Of a stretch of DNA of 64,000 nucleotides, positions 16,601 through 25,527 are shown piece after piece. The stretch lies in the sequence record PQ451753.1; one strand, 5' to 3'. A program made the position numbers and the translations under genes. The notes under the pieces are model-generated. The model did not search any database and was not told the DNA's origin. It saw only the letters and a list, made by a program, of their open reading frames with translations. The first letter of the stretch is position 1; each line of letters opens with the position of its first letter.

Positions 16601-17644
16601 ATGGAAAAGCAAGTTCACGTTTCAACCGCAGAAGACCGCAACACCATCCCAGTAGAAATTATCTACATTGACAAACGTTTCCACTCAGACAAACCTGAAC
16701 ATGAAAAGTTTGTTAAACTAACCTACGGCACTGAAGGTGCTGCCGCAGTCGATATGATTGCATGTATCGATAAGCCTATCACTATCCGTCCGGGCGAACG
16801 TATTAAGATGCCAACGGGTATTAAGATGTGGTTAAACAACGTTAACTCTGGTGCGTTTATGCTACCACGTTCAGGCATCGGTTCTGACCACGGTATCGTG
16901 TTAGCTAACCTAATTGGTCTGATTGATTCTGACTACCAAGGTGAGATGAAAATCCCACTGTGGAACTCTAACCCGCAAGTAGTCTGGGATGAAGAAAACA
17001 ACGCAGTTCGCTACAATAGCGAGGGTGAGTTTGTTGTACATCCAGGCGACCGCATCTGTCAAATGACTCTACTATCTGTACTGCATGGTGATTACAATGA
17101 AGTGGTTGAGTTCTCCGGCAAAACACAGCGTGGTGAAGGTGGGTTCGGTAGCACGAAAGGTGTTGTTGCTCAAGAGATGGATTCTCTTTACAAGACCATC
17201 GAAACTGAAGTACATGTACATCACATTCAACCATCACCAATTGAAAACTACATGCGTGTTCATGCTACTCATGGCAATAACCCTGTATGGATGGATATTC
17301 GTGTTGGCGGTAATGCTCCAGATATCAGCAATATTAAACTGCAATGTAAAGCAACGTTTAAACACCGCTTAGATTGGGCAACGTCATTAGTGATTGAACA
17401 AGACGGTGAAGAGTACGAGTGGTTAATCAATCTGCTCGATTTCCAACATCAGTATGTTCAGTATTCAGATCTTACTAAAGATGTACAGTACCGTGTTGGT
17501 GGTACTAACATTCTTTGTGCAGTACATAACACATTGTTGGATGACTTTGCTCCGCCTAGCGCAGATGAGTCAACCATGATTGATGTAATCAAAGGTGAGG
17601 ACGGAAAGGTTCGTTTCGCCTACCCAAAGAAAGAAACTAAATAA
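16601..17644 (+). CDS. dut: trimeric dUTPase with insertion and long C-terminal extension
   Basis: Motifs I-V: AAVDM, PRSGIG, GLIDSDYQGE, GDRICQM, RGEGGFGST. Confidence 0.93.
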   Translation: MEKQVHVSTAEDRNTIPVEIIYIDKRFHSDKPEHEKFVKLTYGTEGAAAVDMIACIDKPITIRPGERIKMPTGIKMWLNNVNSGAFMLPRSGIGSDHGIVLANLIGLIDSDYQGEMKIPLWNSNPQVVWDEENNAVRYNSEGEFVVHPGDRICQMTLLSVLHGDYNEVVEFSGKTQRGEGGFGSTKGVVAQEMDSLYKTIETEVHVHHIQPSPIENYMRVHATHGNNPVWMDIRVGGNAPDISNIKLQCKATFKHRLDWATSLVIEQDGEEYEWLINLLDFQHQYVQYSDLTKDVQYRVGGTNILCAVHNTLLDDFAPPSADESTMIDVIKGEDGKVRFAYPKKETK

Positions 17645-17650
17645 GCATAC

Positions 17651-17688
17651 GGGTGAGGGCTTCGGCTCTCGCTCAGCTTTTTTATTTG
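17651..17688 (+). terminator. intrinsic terminator
   Basis: GGGTGAGGGC-TTCG-GCTCTCGCTC followed by AGCTTTTTTATTTG. Confidence 0.8.
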
Positions 17689-17704
17689 TTAGGAGATAAT
17701 AAGA

Positions 17705-18268
17705 ATGGCTATTTATGATTGTACTACAAAAGGTCCTTACCGTGACTTCTTAGGTAAACGTGTAGTTGTATCGGTAGGTGGTGTGTATCATCAACATTAC
17801 TACAGCTGGAATATGTACGGTGCTAAGGCAGGGCATCTTGCTGAAGCAAAAGAGGCAGAACTATTAGAGTTACAAAAGAAAGCAAAAGACGAGCGTATGG
17901 CTGACTTTTCACCAATGCGACGCAAGTGCTCAGCGTCATTGATGATTGCTCGCAACTTACAATTCGTCTCGTTTAAATCTTACAAGAAATGGGTTCTCGG
18001 TTTCAACATCAATAAGGTTGGCGGAGGTGGCGGTCTTAAAGTTCCTCTTGGTGATAACTTCGAGGCTGCGTGGAAACAGGCAGTCGATAAGTATGTAGAA
18101 ATTAACGGTCTAAGTGATACTGAGAGGGCTGTGTTAGAATCCTATAAACCTACACGGGAAGCTATCAATACTCACGTCATGAATATCATGCCGCAGTATC
18201 GCGAACCGACGTTCCCCACAGCTCGTTTCATTACTCAAATAGAAGCAGCTTTTAAGGAGCAGAAGTGA
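17705..18268 (+). CDS. hypothetical protein, possible AP2-like DNA-binding domain
   Basis: RVVVSVGG..HQHYYSW..YG.KA..LA resembles the AP2-type F/YS...YG...A..LA pattern. Confidence 0.5.
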   Translation: MAIYDCTTKGPYRDFLGKRVVVSVGGVYHQHYYSWNMYGAKAGHLAEAKEAELLELQKKAKDERMADFSPMRRKCSASLMIARNLQFVSFKSYKKWVLGFNINKVGGGGGLKVPLGDNFEAAWKQAVDKYVEINGLSDTERAVLESYKPTREAINTHVMNIMPQYREPTFPTARFITQIEAAFKEQK

Positions 18269-18846
18269 ACGACTGTGATAAGACCTTTCGTGATGCCATT
18301 CGAATCCAGTTGGAGAACAATGGCATTACTCAGGAAACGATAAACAAGATTGATGGGTTAATTGTATCAGACCTTAGTACGGGTGTTGGTGAATTACCTG
18401 AGCCCGTATACAAGCGTGAGCAAATCTATGCGACTAAAGTAGTAGAGCATTGTTACAAGAAAGCAAGTAGTACTTTTGATGGGAAACCTTATCATCAGGT
18501 TATGGTAATCCTCAACTTACCTGTTGATCCGATGAAAGGGAATTGGTACGCCATTGCAATACGCGGACGCGCGTTCGGAAGTAAGCAAAAAGCATGGTTA
18601 TACCACAACCGTCAGAACTTTACTAACAACCAACTTAAGACAATGATCATGAATGGTGATATTGATGCCCTACCAACAATCACTGACCTTGACTTAATTC
18701 GTATAGATGATAAAGGTTATCCTTTGGAGGACATCCAATTGGAACCTTTCTTTGGATACACCCTCACGCAAGGCAGCCGCGTCTCGTCAGTTGGGAGATA
18801 TCGACTACCGAAACATCTAGAAACAAAAATATTAATGAGAAAATAA
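18265..18846 (+). CDS. hypothetical protein
   Basis: ORF track; SD AAGGAG, GTGA overlap. Confidence 0.75.
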   Translation: MNDCDKTFRDAIRIQLENNGITQETINKIDGLIVSDLSTGVGELPEPVYKREQIYATKVVEHCYKKASSTFDGKPYHQVMVILNLPVDPMKGNWYAIAIRGRAFGSKQKAWLYHNRQNFTNNQLKTMIMNGDIDALPTITDLDLIRIDDKGYPLEDIQLEPFFGYTLTQGSRVSSVGRYRLPKHLETKILMRK

Positions 18847-18848
18847 TT

Positions 18849-19109
18849 ATGAGCACTCTATTCTTTTATAACATTGGACAAACACCGTCTGACGCACATC
18901 ACATTACCGTTCCGTCGCCGACGCTGGACGAACTGACTGAGTTAGTTACACAGTCAAGTGAAGAAGACGATTGTGGAAACACTGTGGCTTATGTAGAAGA
19001 CCTAGGTATGGAACTTGAAGAAGTACTCACGTCTATAAATGCATCGCCTGACCGCGTTGCTGAGCTCCTTAATTGCGAATTTGTCACAACCTCTACTTTA
19101 TGTAGTTAA
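18849..19109 (+). CDS. small acidic hypothetical protein
   Basis: ORF track. Confidence 0.7.
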   Translation: MSTLFFYNIGQTPSDAHHITVPSPTLDELTELVTQSSEEDDCGNTVAYVEDLGMELEEVLTSINASPDRVAELLNCEFVTTSTLCS

Positions 19110-19126
19110 CGCTAAAGGAGCTATGG

Positions 19127-19345
19127 ATGGCTAATCATACCGAGCAAGTTTTGCAGCAAACAAAAAACTTCTATCATAAATTCTATCGATTCCCTAACTA
19201 TATATATGTAGGGAAAAAGGAAGTTAAGCGTGACGCTATCATTGAGTTAGTTGAGGGGCTCATTGGTAAACCGTATCAGTGGTACAAGCGCCGTAAGGTG
19301 ATTGCACAATTGGACGACGCGCTTTTGAAGTTGCAGCAAGCATAA
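19127..19345 (+). CDS. hypothetical protein
   Basis: ORF track; SD AAAGGAG. Confidence 0.75.
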   Translation: MANHTEQVLQQTKNFYHKFYRFPNYIYVGKKEVKRDAIIELVEGLIGKPYQWYKRRKVIAQLDDALLKLQQA

Positions 19346-19348
19346 TTT

Positions 19349-19378
19349 GAGGGTCTTCGGACCCTCTTCTTTTTTTTT
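19349..19378 (+). terminator. intrinsic terminator
   Basis: GAGGGTC-TTCG-GACCCTC followed by long T-tract. Confidence 0.9.
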
Positions 19379-19437
19379 GTGTCAATGGTATGTTAGGGCT
19401 TCCTAACACATTTTGGCTAGAAGAAAAGGAGGGACGT

Positions 19438-19749
19438 ATGGCACTCTTAATCGATAGAATTAAAGTGCTGCGCCCATATCTCACACATATGCAGGCTGAG
19501 TTATTATGTCGTGATTTGCGAGCAGACGCCACTAACGAAGAAATCATGGAAATGGTTTTACCTCATGAAGGTCTTCAGTTAGGTATTGGTGCAAGCTTAG
19601 CCGACTACCTGCATCGTCATCGCTTGGACTCTGAATTAACACTTCGGGAGTTCTGGGACCTTACCATTGAGATTGATAGAATGCATAACGATGGTAAGTC
19701 TATAGATGAAATGCGCGATATGGTGAATGAACGCATAGGTATTTCTTAA
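19438..19749 (+). CDS. hypothetical protein
   Basis: Start at the ATG after AAGGAGG. Confidence 0.75.
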   Translation: MALLIDRIKVLRPYLTHMQAELLCRDLRADATNEEIMEMVLPHEGLQLGIGASLADYLHRHRLDSELTLREFWDLTIEIDRMHNDGKSIDEMRDMVNERIGIS

Positions 19750-19753
19750 GCAC

Positions 19754-19781
19754 GGGGAGGCGCTTGCCTCCTCTTTTTTTT
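19754..19781 (+). terminator. intrinsic terminator
   Basis: GGGGAGGC-GCTT-GCCTCCTC followed by T8. Confidence 0.85.
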
Positions 19782-19821
19782 GTGTCGATGTGTACATATA
19801 ACAAGGATTGTAAGACATTGG

Positions 19822-19863
19822 CCGTAGGCTACTAGGTTTTTCATATGTAGCTAACTACGGAGG
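19822..19863 (+). promoter_or_regulatory. SD-overlapping hairpin with a TATG late-promoter motif inside it
   Basis: CCGTAG/CTACGG and GCTAC/GTAGC arms; TATG at 19844-19847; SD GGAGG at 19859-19863. Confidence 0.55.
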
Positions 19864-19870
19864 TATACAC

Positions 19871-20551
19871 ATGGCTAACTTTTCAGGACCATTGGTCTAC
19901 GAACGACTGACTGAGAAGTGGGTTGTGTTACGTGAGGATTTACACTTCTACTTTACGTTAGAAGAAGCTCTTGGTGCACACCCACCTTATCTCAGAAAAC
20001 TACTGGCATTAACTGGACTTAAGAAAGACCAGATCATTCACGTAACAGCCCCTAAAGGCTTTGTGACCGACCTTGCATCCATTCCTAAGTCATTACACTA
20101 CTTCTTTAAACCAGACGGCCCATGGGCTTCTGCGGCGGTTATACACGACATGGTGTATCAGTCATTAAAAGAGAAGATGTTGGATGTTGAAGAACATTCG
20201 CCAATTGAGAAATTGAATCGCCATCACACTCGCTTACTTGCTGACAGACTATTCTTAATGGGGATGCGTGCATTAGGTGTTGGTTGGTTTACTCGTGCAT
20301 CTATGTACAACGCGGTACGTGCATTTGGCGCGCCTAGCTATGGTGGCGATCCTGTACCAAGTGATTACGGTGTGTGGAATGTATTAGAACGTCCGGTAAT
20401 GACGGTTAACTATCCCGTCTACCGTATTACTAAAGAAAAGGGTGTACCGTTAGATGTATCGGTATTTAAGTCAAATCGTTTTGAATATCACACAGTCAAG
20501 TATCCTAACTTGAAACGTGCATTCCTATATGAAGCAACATTAAATGTATAA
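19871..20551 (+). CDS. DUF1353 family protein
   Basis: PKGFVTDLASIP...AAVIHDMVY...ADRLF...M...GV...MYNAVRAFG. Confidence 0.9.
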   Translation: MANFSGPLVYERLTEKWVVLREDLHFYFTLEEALGAHPPYLRKLLALTGLKKDQIIHVTAPKGFVTDLASIPKSLHYFFKPDGPWASAAVIHDMVYQSLKEKMLDVEEHSPIEKLNRHHTRLLADRLFLMGMRALGVGWFTRASMYNAVRAFGAPSYGGDPVPSDYGVWNVLERPVMTVNYPVYRITKEKGVPLDVSVFKSNRFEYHTVKYPNLKRAFLYEATLNV

Positions 20552-20555
20552 GTTA

Positions 20556-20583
20556 CAGGAGAGGGGCTTTCGCCCCTCTCCTG
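20556..20583. terminator. GC-rich hairpin / terminator
   Basis: CAGGAGAGGGGC-TTTC-GCCCCTCTCCTG; weak T-tract. Confidence 0.65.
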
Positions 20584-20595
20584 CTTATGTGTCAA

Positions 20596-20663
20596 TAAAA
20601 ATATTTTCAGATATATATTATTTAAGTGATATCACATACAAAACCTTTTAATGGGAGCTTAAC
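20596..20663 (+). promoter_or_regulatory. early promoter-leader module (paralog at 52444)
   Basis: TAAAAAT..TTTCAGATATATAT.AT.TAAGTGA (30/34 identical to 52444-52477) then AAAACCTTT(T)AATGGG leader. Confidence 0.75.
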
Positions 20664-20939
20664 ATGTTACAACTTAATCAGTCTTCAGTTTCATTTAATG
20701 AAACAACTATGTCTTACTTTCCAATGGAAGACCATCGCGCAGAGGTTCTTCGCTGGACTATTAACATGACCGAACAAGGGTCTAACCTATTCCCACAAGA
20801 ATTAGTGGAAGCCGAATTGGCTAAATGTGAAACATTCCCAATGATACAGCAGTTAGAGCTGAATATGAAAAAGAACCTAAAGCTTGAAAAGCTAGGTTCT
20901 AAAGCTCGTATCTGGAACAACATGATCAACATCAAATAA
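20664..20939 (+). CDS. hypothetical protein
   Basis: ORF track; SD GGGAG. Confidence 0.8.
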   Translation: MLQLNQSSVSFNETTMSYFPMEDHRAEVLRWTINMTEQGSNLFPQELVEAELAKCETFPMIQQLELNMKKNLKLEKLGSKARIWNNMINIK

Positions 20940-20962
20940 CTTTTATTAACGGAGATAACATT

Positions 20963-21409
20963 ATGAAAATTACTCAAACTGTAACAGTAACACGCGAAGA
21001 ATACACAATGATTAAAGGTACATACGCTGACTTGCTAGGCATGTTCCTTTCTAAGATTGGACGTACTGATGATGGCAAATACCAAGAAATGATGAAGAAG
21101 TACTTCGGTACTGAAATCAAAATGGATATCAACGTCAACTCTACTATTGGTAAGTACGCGTTCATGTTCCACTTAACTGATAGCATTGAGCTAGACTTGA
21201 CACTAGAGTTATCTACAGCTGCTCTAGAACGTATTCTTAAACTAGGCTTCTCAGTAGCAGACCTAGCAATGCCAGTAGCAGTGGCAACTTACGAAATGGC
21301 TAACGCAACAGATAAGATTCATGCAATCAAATCTGCAAACTCTGAACTTAATGAACTAGCAGCGACTGGTACATGTGAATTCAAGGTTGAGCGTAAGCCT
21401 ACAAAATAA
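20963..21409 (+). CDS. hypothetical protein
   Basis: ORF track; SD GGAG. Confidence 0.8.
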   Translation: MKITQTVTVTREEYTMIKGTYADLLGMFLSKIGRTDDGKYQEMMKKYFGTEIKMDINVNSTIGKYAFMFHLTDSIELDLTLELSTAALERILKLGFSVADLAMPVAVATYEMANATDKIHAIKSANSELNELAATGTCEFKVERKPTK

Positions 21410-21446
21410 ATAGAGACGAAGAGGGTGTTTACCCTCTTCTTTTTTT
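21401..21446. repeat. 46-bp exact repeat, copy 2 (terminator)
   Basis: Identical to 3137-3182. Confidence 0.95.
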
Positions 21447-21458
21447 AGTGGTGGGAAT

Positions 21459-21620
21459 TTGAGAACATTCATCGATTTGAAAGCAGCATTGGTACGTGAC
21501 AAGATTGACCGTGCTATGGATTCACTATATATAGAAGCGCCTAAGAAACGGGAAGCTAAACGCGTTGTATGTTACGGCGTGCACCAGAAACCTAAATCGC
21601 AATTAGATATTGCGGCGTAG
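21459..21620 (+). CDS. 53-aa hypothetical protein (not in ORF track)
   Basis: TTG start after GTGGGA; LRTFIDLKAALVRDKIDRAMDSLYIEAPKKREAKRVVCYGVHQKPKSQLDIAA*; fills the gap. Confidence 0.45.
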   Translation: MRTFIDLKAALVRDKIDRAMDSLYIEAPKKREAKRVVCYGVHQKPKSQLDIAA

Positions 21621-21649
21621 TACAAATACATTTAATGGGAGATAACATC

Positions 21650-22654
21650 ATGTTCGACAGTATTACTATTTTAAAATCAGCTACTCTATTTGCAACCGAA
21701 GTTACTTACAGCAACGTAGGACACGTAGTGTACACCATCGCTTTAGATATGTTGTCACTGAATGGGAATTCACTGCATAAGAAAAACGTTATGTTGGTAG
21801 TTGGTACGCAAGACAGAGATAATGCTGTGGCGTCTAGACCTACGCTTGTTAAACGTTTATCTGACGCGTTCGGCAAACAGTACGAAGATTATAGCTTTGA
21901 TGTACTTACTAACGATCATAAACGCAAGCTTTTAATCCAGACTATAGTAGACTTACCAAAGAAACCGGACGGTAAGAAACACAGAAGCGGTATTGATATA
22001 ACAGAACTAATGACTTCTGATAATTACGCTAGACTAACCATGTCTGAATATGGATACGACGACAATATATCTAAACTGTCAGATCTACTGATAAATATCG
22101 ACAAGTGGTCTATTGAATACGTTAACCATTCAATCGCATTAACGTATGGTGATAACCTGAACATATTCTTGAGTCATCGCAGCAGTGACCGCTTCGACGT
22201 TCTTACTTACGCCAGTGAGAAATACCACACATTACTAACCTACGGTAGAAGTAACCGTGAACGCTTCATTAAGTTGCTACTCGCGCGCTTAAGTAAACGT
22301 ATTAATGAACGAGTTACCGTTGGTACAATACACACACCTTGTTTAACTAATCCAATCACCGTTGAGGATACCGAAGTATGTGAGGTTCACTTTGAAGCAC
22401 TACCATACCTCGTTACAAACACGCGTAAGAATATCAAACTAAAAGATGTTCGATTAAAACGTACTAACACGCCACATGGTTTAGATATGCTAAATGTATC
22501 TGGACGCACATGCATGGGTGTATTACTGGATTTCGATGAGCCTTTGGAGGCACTAGAAATACTTCAATCAATCAACCAATCAATGGAAGACATTTACATT
22601 CTTGTTAAGAATGACGATGGCTACACCATTAAACCTTACCACACTGTTAACTAA
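21650..22654 (+). CDS. hypothetical protein (C-terminal domain paralogous to next gene)
   Basis: GVLLDFDEPLEALEILQSI...DIYILVKNDDG. Confidence 0.8.
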   Translation: MFDSITILKSATLFATEVTYSNVGHVVYTIALDMLSLNGNSLHKKNVMLVVGTQDRDNAVASRPTLVKRLSDAFGKQYEDYSFDVLTNDHKRKLLIQTIVDLPKKPDGKKHRSGIDITELMTSDNYARLTMSEYGYDDNISKLSDLLINIDKWSIEYVNHSIALTYGDNLNIFLSHRSSDRFDVLTYASEKYHTLLTYGRSNRERFIKLLLARLSKRINERVTVGTIHTPCLTNPITVEDTEVCEVHFEALPYLVTNTRKNIKLKDVRLKRTNTPHGLDMLNVSGRTCMGVLLDFDEPLEALEILQSINQSMEDIYILVKNDDGYTIKPYHTVN

Positions 22655-22674
22655 GTCAATTGGAGAAAATAATA

Positions 22675-23868
22675 ATGCAATTAATTATCGGCAGCACTAA
22701 AGTACTATACGCAGGCATTGATACAATGGCTATCTTCCTATCAGAATCCGGTAAAAAGGAATTGGCAGCTTATTTACCACATCGTTGTAAAACTGTCGGT
22801 GACGTTACAACACCGACATGGAGCCCTGACGGTGTTATTAAAGAACGTCTTGACGCTGCACTCACTAAACTAAGGGTACCGGACTGTAATTGGGTGCAGG
22901 CTAAGAACCATGCACCTGCAAAACATCTACACAAGTTACTCACAATGTTACATACCGAGGGATTGATTCTAATCGTTAAAGACAATGTTGCGGTAATTCA
23001 GATAGAGAATGCTAACCAAGACATAGATAAGTCTAAACTACTTGATGTCATCAAGGCTTTATTCGCAAGTTTCAATCTTGACGAACTCACCCGCGAACTT
23101 CGTGGATTTAATTCAATCAAAACTGTTGAGGTAAGACCAAAGGGACTCTATCCAGTAAAATCAGAACTCAAAGACGATACGTTACAACTTGAGCAAGCAA
23201 CGACAGTTGTCAACGCTACACTTAAGAAGTTTGCTAACTTCGATGATTGTGAAACTACAGTCGATGACAAAGGCCAACTTAATGTGTCTCTTAAAGGCTT
23301 CGGTTCAATTTCAACGATTCTTAAAGAAGATCTTGATAGCGACGAACCGTTCCAACAAATTCAAGTACATACTGAGCACAAAGAGATAGTTAACGCGCTA
23401 TCACCACTCAATCCAGGCGCGCTTTCAGAAGTTCTTAATGCAGTTATTAAGCACGCGGCTAAGAAAGCAAATGTTGAATGGGATGCTTGCATCACTTCAC
23501 ACGTAGACGTCTACCGAATTGGTAACGCTAAAGAAACGCCTAAGGGTACTGGACGTGAAGCATCTATCCGTGAAATGATACATCGCCCTGAAGTGCGTTT
23601 CAAGCTGCCAGTCACTCCGGTCATATTCAATTGTACAACATTACAAATTGATATCGAAAACACACGTGTCGTTAACTACAGCAACCATATTGAACTGCGC
23701 GATACTCAATATGAAGGCGACCCAGTCATCGGCGTTATTGTTGACTTCAATAATCCTATCGCTGGTTTGGACAACATGCGTGCAATCGGTAACAAGAACC
23801 CTAACTTACCTATCTACATTCTGTGGAATAGTGAAGAAGGGCCAGTACTTGAACTGTACGTTGAATAG
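22675..23868 (+). CDS. hypothetical protein (C-terminal domain paralogous to previous gene)
   Basis: GVIVDFNNPIAGLDNMRAI...PIYILWNSEEG. Confidence 0.8.
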   Translation: MQLIIGSTKVLYAGIDTMAIFLSESGKKELAAYLPHRCKTVGDVTTPTWSPDGVIKERLDAALTKLRVPDCNWVQAKNHAPAKHLHKLLTMLHTEGLILIVKDNVAVIQIENANQDIDKSKLLDVIKALFASFNLDELTRELRGFNSIKTVEVRPKGLYPVKSELKDDTLQLEQATTVVNATLKKFANFDDCETTVDDKGQLNVSLKGFGSISTILKEDLDSDEPFQQIQVHTEHKEIVNALSPLNPGALSEVLNAVIKHAAKKANVEWDACITSHVDVYRIGNAKETPKGTGREASIREMIHRPEVRFKLPVTPVIFNCTTLQIDIENTRVVNYSNHIELRDTQYEGDPVIGVIVDFNNPIAGLDNMRAIGNKNPNLPIYILWNSEEGPVLELYVE

Positions 23869-23881
23869 TTAATAACTACAC

Positions 23882-23919
23882 GGGACGCTATGGTATAGCG
23901 TCCCACTCTTCCTTTTTTT
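23882..23919 (+). terminator. intrinsic terminator
   Basis: GGGACGCTAT-GGT-ATAGCGTCCC followed by T-rich tail. Confidence 0.8.
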
Positions 23920-23943
23920 CCTACTATAAATTGAGATACTAAT

Positions 23944-25464
23944 ATGAACTTTACATTCCCACGTGCAACACTTATCAAAGCTATTCCAACCATGCGTTTT
24001 CAATTAGATGACGAGACTGACCAAAGCGAAACTCTTAAAGATTTCTTTATGTCGAACTACGGTGAGGAAATTGAAATTACCAACTCGCTACTTGCTAAAC
24101 TCTGTGAAATCGTTGACCGCGAATATGTCTTTGAGATGATTCAAGGTTCAGATGAAACCGATCAGTCGTTATGTGCAGCATTCCTAATTGTCATGCCATA
24201 TGAGATGTTCACGCACGGTGGGCGTGAAGTATGCCCATTTGGCTCATTACGTTACAGCACCATCGGCGGTGTTGTCGATAACCCTATCTTTAAGTTGATG
24301 TGGGAACATCGTGACCTTGACCAGTACAACATGGAAGAGAAGCTAGCTGATATCTTAGCACAGACCGTCTTCAATAACAGTGAAGGCGTCGAAGAGCTTG
24401 TGTTATCGTTCAAGACACCGCTGCTTCGTAGTGAATTGTGTTTCATGTGCGACCCTAACAAGTATGTTGAATTTCTACCTACGTTAGCGGTAATGAATCG
24501 TTATGACGGCACACTAAGCGTACTGGAAAACCTCACATCCAAAGCGTTGGAGTCAGTATCGCACGAACCGTATCCCATGGCAATGATGGACGCTATCACT
24601 AATAATGCAATGTCTGCATTATACTTCCTAAATGAAGAAGATACACCGCACGCATATCGTCGAATTAAGGACCATTTGGATTCTATCTTTGTGGATAACA
24701 AATACACCGTGGTGGTTGATGGACGTACTGCGATTCGTTGTGGATACCGAAATAAGCTGATTGCTTTCCTTACTCTGAATAAAGGTGAGGTGATTGACAC
24801 CCCGTATTTCGATACCATGTTTGCGCATATTGATCGTAACCTGTATCTCAAAGCTTCGGATAAGTTCCGTCGCAACGCAACTTCTGGAGCTTACGGTACC
24901 GGCGGTCGCGTACGTGATGTACTAGCCGATGCTAAAAAGCGTACGGGCGAACGTATTGAAATTCCGTTTACACTTAACCCACAATTTACTGAATCGGTAC
25001 CTAAGTTGGAAAATGGCATTTATGTCAGTGTCTTAGAGAATTACAGTGAATCTTTACTTAACCAACTTGTTCAGGACGACTTGGTCGAAATTACTCCTGA
25101 TAAGCTGGAATCAACTGACGCCAAACATGTCATCGTTAAATACACTAATGAAGACACACTAGCCGTACTGAAAGATAAACGTGCGTTAGCGGACTACGCC
25201 ATGCGTGAAAACCATCAACGGGTCGTGTTAGTTCCTGCAAAATTCAGCGCGGGTAGCTTAGGTAAATTGGATAACGTTCATACTGTCTACGAAAACCCTC
25301 GCGATAGTGCCGTGACTATATCAGACCGGTTCTCACCAATGTTCGGGCGACGTGACCGTGGTGGGCGTCGTGAAGTTACGGTCTGCTTAAATGCAGTAGC
25401 GTACAAACTACACTTTGATGAAAAGACTACAAGCCTCAGTCATAGTCTACCACATTTCATCTAA
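23944..25464 (+). CDS. hypothetical protein
   Basis: 506-aa ORF. Confidence 0.85.
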   Translation: MNFTFPRATLIKAIPTMRFQLDDETDQSETLKDFFMSNYGEEIEITNSLLAKLCEIVDREYVFEMIQGSDETDQSLCAAFLIVMPYEMFTHGGREVCPFGSLRYSTIGGVVDNPIFKLMWEHRDLDQYNMEEKLADILAQTVFNNSEGVEELVLSFKTPLLRSELCFMCDPNKYVEFLPTLAVMNRYDGTLSVLENLTSKALESVSHEPYPMAMMDAITNNAMSALYFLNEEDTPHAYRRIKDHLDSIFVDNKYTVVVDGRTAIRCGYRNKLIAFLTLNKGEVIDTPYFDTMFAHIDRNLYLKASDKFRRNATSGAYGTGGRVRDVLADAKKRTGERIEIPFTLNPQFTESVPKLENGIYVSVLENYSESLLNQLVQDDLVEITPDKLESTDAKHVIVKYTNEDTLAVLKDKRALADYAMRENHQRVVLVPAKFSAGSLGKLDNVHTVYENPRDSAVTISDRFSPMFGRRDRGGRREVTVCLNAVAYKLHFDEKTTSLSHSLPHFI

Positions 25465-25480
25465 TCTTAACATCATCTAC

Positions 25481-25511
25481 GGGGTAGTTAACACTACCCC
25501 TCTTTCTATTT
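25481..25511 (+). terminator. intrinsic terminator
   Basis: GGGGTAGT-TAAC-ACTACCCC followed by TCTTTCTATTT. Confidence 0.75.
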
Positions 25512-25527
25512 ATATTTGGAGATAATA

